64,000 nt of DNA from Podarcis bocagei. Taxonomy: Eukaryota. Of this stretch, positions 31,745 through 64,000 are shown one piece after another. The notes beneath the pieces were generated by a model. It did no database searches and was not told the DNA's origin. It saw only the letters and a program-made list of their open reading frames with translations. Positions within the stretch are counted from its first letter, which is position 1. Every line of letters starts with the position of its first letter. Location: NCBI GenBank assembly GCA_964188305.1, contig OZ076886.1; one strand, 5' to 3'. The position numbers and the translations under genes were made by a program.

Positions 31745-32610
31745 TAGCCTTCTAAGTTTTTCAGAAATCCATAATCAATACATCGGTTGGACAGCATTCC
31801 TTCCCTGTTACCCCACATCCCACCCACCCCACAGTTTCAACATGCTGTACATGTTGTAGGGTGTTTCTGCTTAGCCTAAAAATCTGTTATCTGGATCAAG
31901 ATACAAGGTAGCAATGATTAGTTATCACATACTGTGTATTTAAATGCTCCTACAGGAACTAGCCTTCATCTTCTCAAGCTTGACTAGACCTATATTGGCT
32001 GGCAACAAGACCAAAGTTAGACCACACAGGTCTTTAACGGCAGGTTCTTTGAAATGAGACCTGCCCACCACCCTTCATTAAAGGTGTGTTGCCCGGTCTC
32101 ATGCATGTCCAACTGCATTCTACCTCACTGTGTGCCCAATACAGATTGATATCTGGAAAAATAAATGACAAGATGGCACGTCCTCCCCCACTTACACAAC
32201 TAAGTTGAGAGTTCTATTTGTCTTCCAACACTGAGGACAGGACAGCATCCTCAAAGGGGGCGGGGGACTAAATGGCACACATACACACAGCTTTGTTCTC
32301 TAGCACCTCACTTCCTCACTCACTGGGTTGCAGATAGGGGGCCTGTGGTAGCTGTAGTCTAATAAGGAAAGGCCCACATGTTTTTAAATTAAAAAATGAC
32401 TACTTTCACTGTCTTTTAGATGGGGCTTCATCCATGAACAGCAAAGCAAGAACAACTTAAAAGGCTGTAAACTTGCTGGATTGAGGGCCTGAGAAGCACC
32501 ATAATCAATTGATGCCACTTTTTTAAAATTAAAAATAGCAATATTTGAAGCTCAGAATCAACTCAAATTATTTAGTTTGGTGGACGTTAAAAACTGCCTA
32601 GCCATTTCAC

Positions 32611-32616
32611 TTTATT
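32611..32616 (-). terminator. Putative proximal PRKCD polyadenylation signal
   Basis: AATAAA on the minus strand ~355 nt after the stop, preceded by TGTA-rich UTR-like sequence. Confidence 0.45.
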
Positions 32617-32970
32617 TGAAGGGTAGTACCCTTCGATAACCTCTTTCACCTCTTGAGCAAAATATACAGCATATACATAATTTCCCCCCCAAACGGATAA
32701 CTACATTCAAGTAACCACGTACACAATTTACATTTTCCCTACTGCAGAGGAAGTCATTTACATATGATTCACAAGGATACTTAAACTCAACCATGCACAA
32801 TGAAGCTACCGCCAGTTGCCAAAGAATGAGCACAATTAGTCGCTACTGAGTGTTGTTCGGAATGAAAGGAAAGAGACGACGGTATCCTTTGATCACATTT
32901 CACATGGAGTTCTCGAAAACTTCCATTACAGCAGTACAGCAGTACCTGAAAGTTCCTCTGTGCTGACAAA

Positions 32971-59451
<26,481 letters not shown>

Positions 59452-62139
59452 TTCTCATAGCACAGTTGTAAACCTACACAGGGGGAGAAAACAGACAAAA
59501 AAGTTAAGGCTAGAGTTAAAAATTGGGCTGTGTGGAGAAAATAAGACGAAGAAAGGACTCAGTAAACCATGCTTGAAATCAACTCCTGGTGTGTTCTAAG
59601 ACCCATCTCCTGAGTTGACTAAATTTATAGGAAAAAGATTGGATGCTTCTTTCTTTCCAGTAAAATTATAATAAATCCAATTCAGAGGAAATCTGAATCC
59701 AGACATTCTAGTTCGCATATAGCTTTTTAAAAACCAAAAACCAAAATGCATCATGTTATTGTGTGCTTGTTGGCTCATATCCTAAGAACTAAGTGTCTTG
59801 CTCTTCTCATGGAATAGAGGTTTTCACACTTTCTGTACCCCAAAAACCAGATCTATAAGGTCTGAGGACCCTGGGAAACGTTGTGAGATATGGCATAAGA
59901 GAGGCTGCAGATGGCTGGAAGATTTGAAAACTGCAGGGACCCCTTCCTTGGATAAGCAGAAGTGCTTTTCTGCTCACAGTGCACACTTTTTGGAACCAAA
60001 CCACATATCTTTGGCTAGTGGCCATAATTAACCTTTCTAACTGACACATCATACATAAATCTCTTCATTTTTCTTATCCTGCTGTTGGAAACTTATTGCT
60101 CTAGATCACTGTCCATCTTGATAAGACACTTAAGCCCCACCAGTATTTAGCTAATGACTAATTTATTATCAGAAGCAAACATGTGTTTGGCTCCCTGCAG
60201 TTCTGTCATTGTGTTTAAGGCTGACACAAGCGCCAAAAAACAAGTCATCAGTAGAATGTTTCATTCTTCTCTGGACTAAATGAGAGCACAAATGTTGTTC
60301 ATTTGTTTGCTTCATCTTACTTTAAATAAATCACTACCCCCACTTTGTCTAGACGGCTTGGTATCAAGATTTTAATGTTATACGTCTTCTCATTCACAAT
60401 ACTAATATCTCACCCAACCCCCAAATTGAAATCAAGGTGGCTTACATAAAAGCATATCATAGAATAAATAAAAAATACAGTATAAAATTATAAGCAAATC
60501 ATACATACTTAAATATAAACATTGAAGTTAAAATGCTTCCAATTTGATATATTAGCTATACATCTTTTAAAGCAACACTAGATGACAAATATTTCAGACC
60601 TAAGAGAAAACTCTGCTTTAGAAAGCCTGTGGTCCAATATTACTATAAAAGAAAAACAAAATCTGTAATGAAAGATAAACTAAAAAGAAGTCTGTTTGAT
60701 GTTTACAAATAGACATGAGGTCATCCTTACATTTTCTAACATATCACAAGACATTCAGTCTGCACATTCTCAGTACAAGCTACAAGCATTACAGCCAGAA
60801 ACTATGATCTAAACCTCAAAATATGTGAAGCTTGATTGAATCATCATTCATGTGCATGGGAAACCTTTCACACAGATAAACTTCTGTGATCTATTTGCCT
60901 GCATAATTAAGAAGTCCAGTATTTCACTTGTGAAATATGCATGAAGTACAAAAGCATCTGGCTTTAGTACTTTTCCCTGCCACCTAGTAGTTTCAGTCTT
61001 TAAAAAAACCCAAAAACTACTCCAACCCACAAATCAGATCAGGTTCTATCCTGTCTTTCTTCTTTCCCCAATTTGCTTGCTTAAATCATTCTGAATTATT
61101 TGTACCCCATTTCCTACTGTCCGCTTGTTCTCTCAATTACATGCGTGTTATTATAAAAATATTTTCAGATCTGATGTGTATTTTGGCATGAGATTGTAAG
61201 GCAAACACACATCTTGGTTTCCTCAATTAAAAGACAAAAACGAATTCACAATCGTAATCCCCATTATATCTATACAGTATATCTATATATATTTAATTTA
61301 TCCATTGCTTTTAGTAACACTCTTCACCTGTCCTGCATTAGCAACCACACAAATATAACCATTCCTACTTCCTTACACTGAAGTCAATCTTAATCACAGA
61401 GCAATTCTGTTCCACAGGTAGATTTCCACATGAGATCTGCAAAAAACTCGCTTGTCAGTGGCTCATCCTGGCAAATCAGTAGGTGGCGCTCTTTCCACTG
61501 TATCAGTAATTGATCTCCAGAAAACATACTACAACATGAATTGTTGCAAAGTGTCCCTTCTGTCTTAAATTGGCTTAAAACCATTTTTAAAAAATGCACA
61601 GCACACTCTTGCATACTGTTTTGTTAGACCAAAGAAGGGTTTCATTTGCTATCATTAAAAATGTCGTATTTTAATGTTGTATTTTAACATAACCATAAAT
61701 AACTGGTGTATAATTTCAAATAAGCAACACTGAATCTGTTATAACCTAAACTGAGGAATACACCCTGATTACTATAAGCAAAGCCAACCATAAGATACAC
61801 AATGATGCCACAAATTCCTTGCCACCATTTGCCACCTCACACAATGGCTGGTGTGAATGAAGGATTCTTCCAATCCTTTTTCATTAAAAAAAAAAAATGT
61901 TTTTATTAAAGATTTTCCTGGGTTATTCTTCCAGTCTTTATTATTCAGACCACCACCACCCCATCCATTGGTCATTCCAGTCATTGGCACAGGTATGCCA
62001 CCTTCCAGATTCTTCCAGTTCCACTTTGCAGAAAGTTCCCCTTTCTTTTTGTTTCACTCCAGACTATGTTATGAATGGAGTAGATTTCAAAGCAAAATGG
62101 AAGTGAGAAGAACATGTATTTTGCAGTAATAACATAACT

Positions 62140-62282
62140 CTGGATAGCTCAGTTGGTTGGAGTGTGGTGCTGATAACGCCAAGGCTGCAGGTTTGATCCC
62201 CGTATGGGGCAGCTGCATATTCCTGCGTTACAGGGGGTTTGGACTAGATGATCCTCAGGGTCCCTTCCAGCTCTATGATTCT
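62140..62282 (+). mobile_element. tRNA(Ile)-like-head SINE with CR1-type tail
   Basis: A box tagctcagttgg, B-box-like ggtttgatccc, tail ggactagatgatcctcagggtcccttccagctctatgattct. Confidence 0.75.
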
Positions 62283-62343
62283 TACCTTTGCCAGAGGTCT
62301 ATTATCCCTTGCTGTCATGAATTAAGACAGTATCAGTGATGGG

Positions 62344-62434
62344 CAGTGCTTTTTCTGGGGGTGCCCAAGGGTAAAAGTATGGCACAATTTCATGGTGAGT
62401 ACTGGCACCTTTTCTTTCTAGAAGAACAGCACTG
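62344..62434. mobile_element. Small hAT MITE (91 bp)
   Basis: TIR cagtgct/agcactg; perfect 8-bp TSD gtgatggg (62336-62343, 62435-62442). Confidence 0.8.
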
Positions 62435-63318
62435 GTGATGGGGAGGGCCAGAAACAAAGCCAGGAAAAGGCCTTTCTCACTGGCAGCTCATCTTTCAGAG
62501 GCACTTCTTGGTATTGCCAGTACATCTCCTAGCTGTGTATTTGACTATGTGAGTTTAGCTCCCCCCCCCCACCAATTATTTCTATTTATCCCAAACATAT
62601 ATATGAAAGACACAGTTTCTAGAGTATGAATCAGATCCTTTTAAACAGTTCAAACTGAAGGTGTTTTCCTGAAACATGTTCTCTAAACAAATCTTGAATT
62701 AATATAGTACATATTCCTGAACTGACATGCTCAGATAATGTGCTTTGCTTGCTACTGAGTAGGAAACAAACTATTATAAACCCTTTCATTCCAAGGTACA
62801 TATCCTTCTTTGAAAATGGAAGCTCTTACAGCAGGCTATAAAACTGAAGATAAATGAAATATTATTTTAAAGAGGAAGAGATTGTAATGTGGATCAAATG
62901 CTTTTTATTTTTGCTGTGGTGAGCATTTTCCTAGTAAACTAATGTTCATCATTGCCAACATGATTATTCGACTACCATTTAGGGGGAGAAGTCAGCATTT
63001 CCCATCTAGTCCTTGAGCTGATATTTGCATAAGTGTTTGTGTACCGTATACAGATACACCCATTGCAAGCAAGTGGTGCTTAGCAAGGATCCTAAAACAC
63101 ATTTAACAGCCAACATGCTTTCCACAAATTTTATTCAAGATGTCATTGACTGTTAAGAACAGGAAAAGAAGAATTCAGGTTTGATAGTTTCCAATTACTT
63201 GGTGACTCGCTGGCCTAGTTCACACATAAGCATGATTCAGTGTGCACAAATGGGCACCAAAAGTGAAGATCACACCTGCTGCATTATTTCCCCAGTCCTG
63301 CTGATGCTGGGCTCAGTA

Positions 63319-63567
63319 CAGTGGTACCTCTAGTTATGGACTCGATCCATTCTAGGGTGCTGTTCGCACCCCAAAAAGTCCGCAACTAGAGTGCCACTTC
63401 TGTGCACACGCACAGCACGATAGAGCGCTTCTGCACATGCGTGAGATGCGCAGAGCGCTTCTGTGCATGCACGCATGGCGAAACCTGGAAGTATACACTT
63501 CCGGGTTTGCCGCATTCGTATCCTGAAAAAACGCAACCGGAGACTGACTTAACAAGCGGTACGGCTG
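63319..63567. mobile_element. Tigger/pogo-like MITE
   Basis: TA-CAGTGGTACCTC...GCGGTACGGCTG-TA; interior similar to 12739-12968. Confidence 0.78.
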
Positions 63568-64000
63568 TAATACATCTGAATCTAGGTTGTGGTTTTCTTG
63601 TCCAGACAAATCTCAAGCTGTAAGCAATATTTGTTTTCTGCAGCTGCAGCAGCAGCAGATGAGGAGCACAGCAGATGCAAACTTCACCTTGGGAACCCAC
63701 ATTTGCTCATTTATGCTGTTCCATGTTTGAGCATTGTGCATGAACTGGACCAATGTCTCTTTATTGGCTCCCATGTTTAAAACAAAGTACTGCTAGACTG
63801 ACAAAAGCTGAGCGGAAACTGTTTGCTTTCCCTATATTTCAGAGGTCTCTACAGCAGCTCTCATAGCACTCCAAGGAACATAACAGCTGCTAACAAAACA
63901 ATATTTACTGGAATGAAACATAGTGCTTTATCTGTTAAAAAAACAAAACAAAAACAAAATGTTAAGATATTCTGTTTGTGATAGCTTTAAGGTGGGAGAA

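Noticed and set aside
62140-62212. Apparent tRNA-Ile(GAT) gene
   Set aside because: Acceptor stem and T-loop are degraded, and it runs directly into a CR1-type tail; it is a SINE head.

Overview
Vertebrate (squamate, most likely lacertid lizard, inferred from Sauria SINE, Squam3-like SINEs and typical MITEs) genomic DNA with two convergent multi-exon genes. On the + strand: PFKFB4 (6-phosphofructo-2-kinase/fructose-2,6-bisphosphatase 4), exons 3 to last (866-19803); exons 1-2 lie upstream of the window. On the - strand: the complete 17-coding-exon CDS of PRKCD (protein kinase C delta, 59451-32971, 681 aa); its promoter and non-coding exons are probably beyond the right edge. Introns carry many TA-flanked Tigger/pogo-like MITEs, hAT MITEs with 8-bp TSDs, SINEs, CR1/L2 3' fragments and microsatellites. 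Most interesting: (1) a second, diverged copy of the PFKFB4 terminal coding exon at 25121-25180 with its own long 3'UTR, plus a candidate 20-nt frameshifting microexon, together suggesting a combinatorial C-terminal switch; (2) a young Penelope-like insertion forming a perfect 91-bp inverted repeat with a minimal hammerhead ribozyme motif on each strand, about 50 nt from a PRKCD splice acceptor; (3) tail-to-tail PFKFB4-PRKCD linkage mirroring human PFKFB3-PRKCQ. All calls come from reading the sequence by eye; no database searches were run, and repeat family names are from recall.
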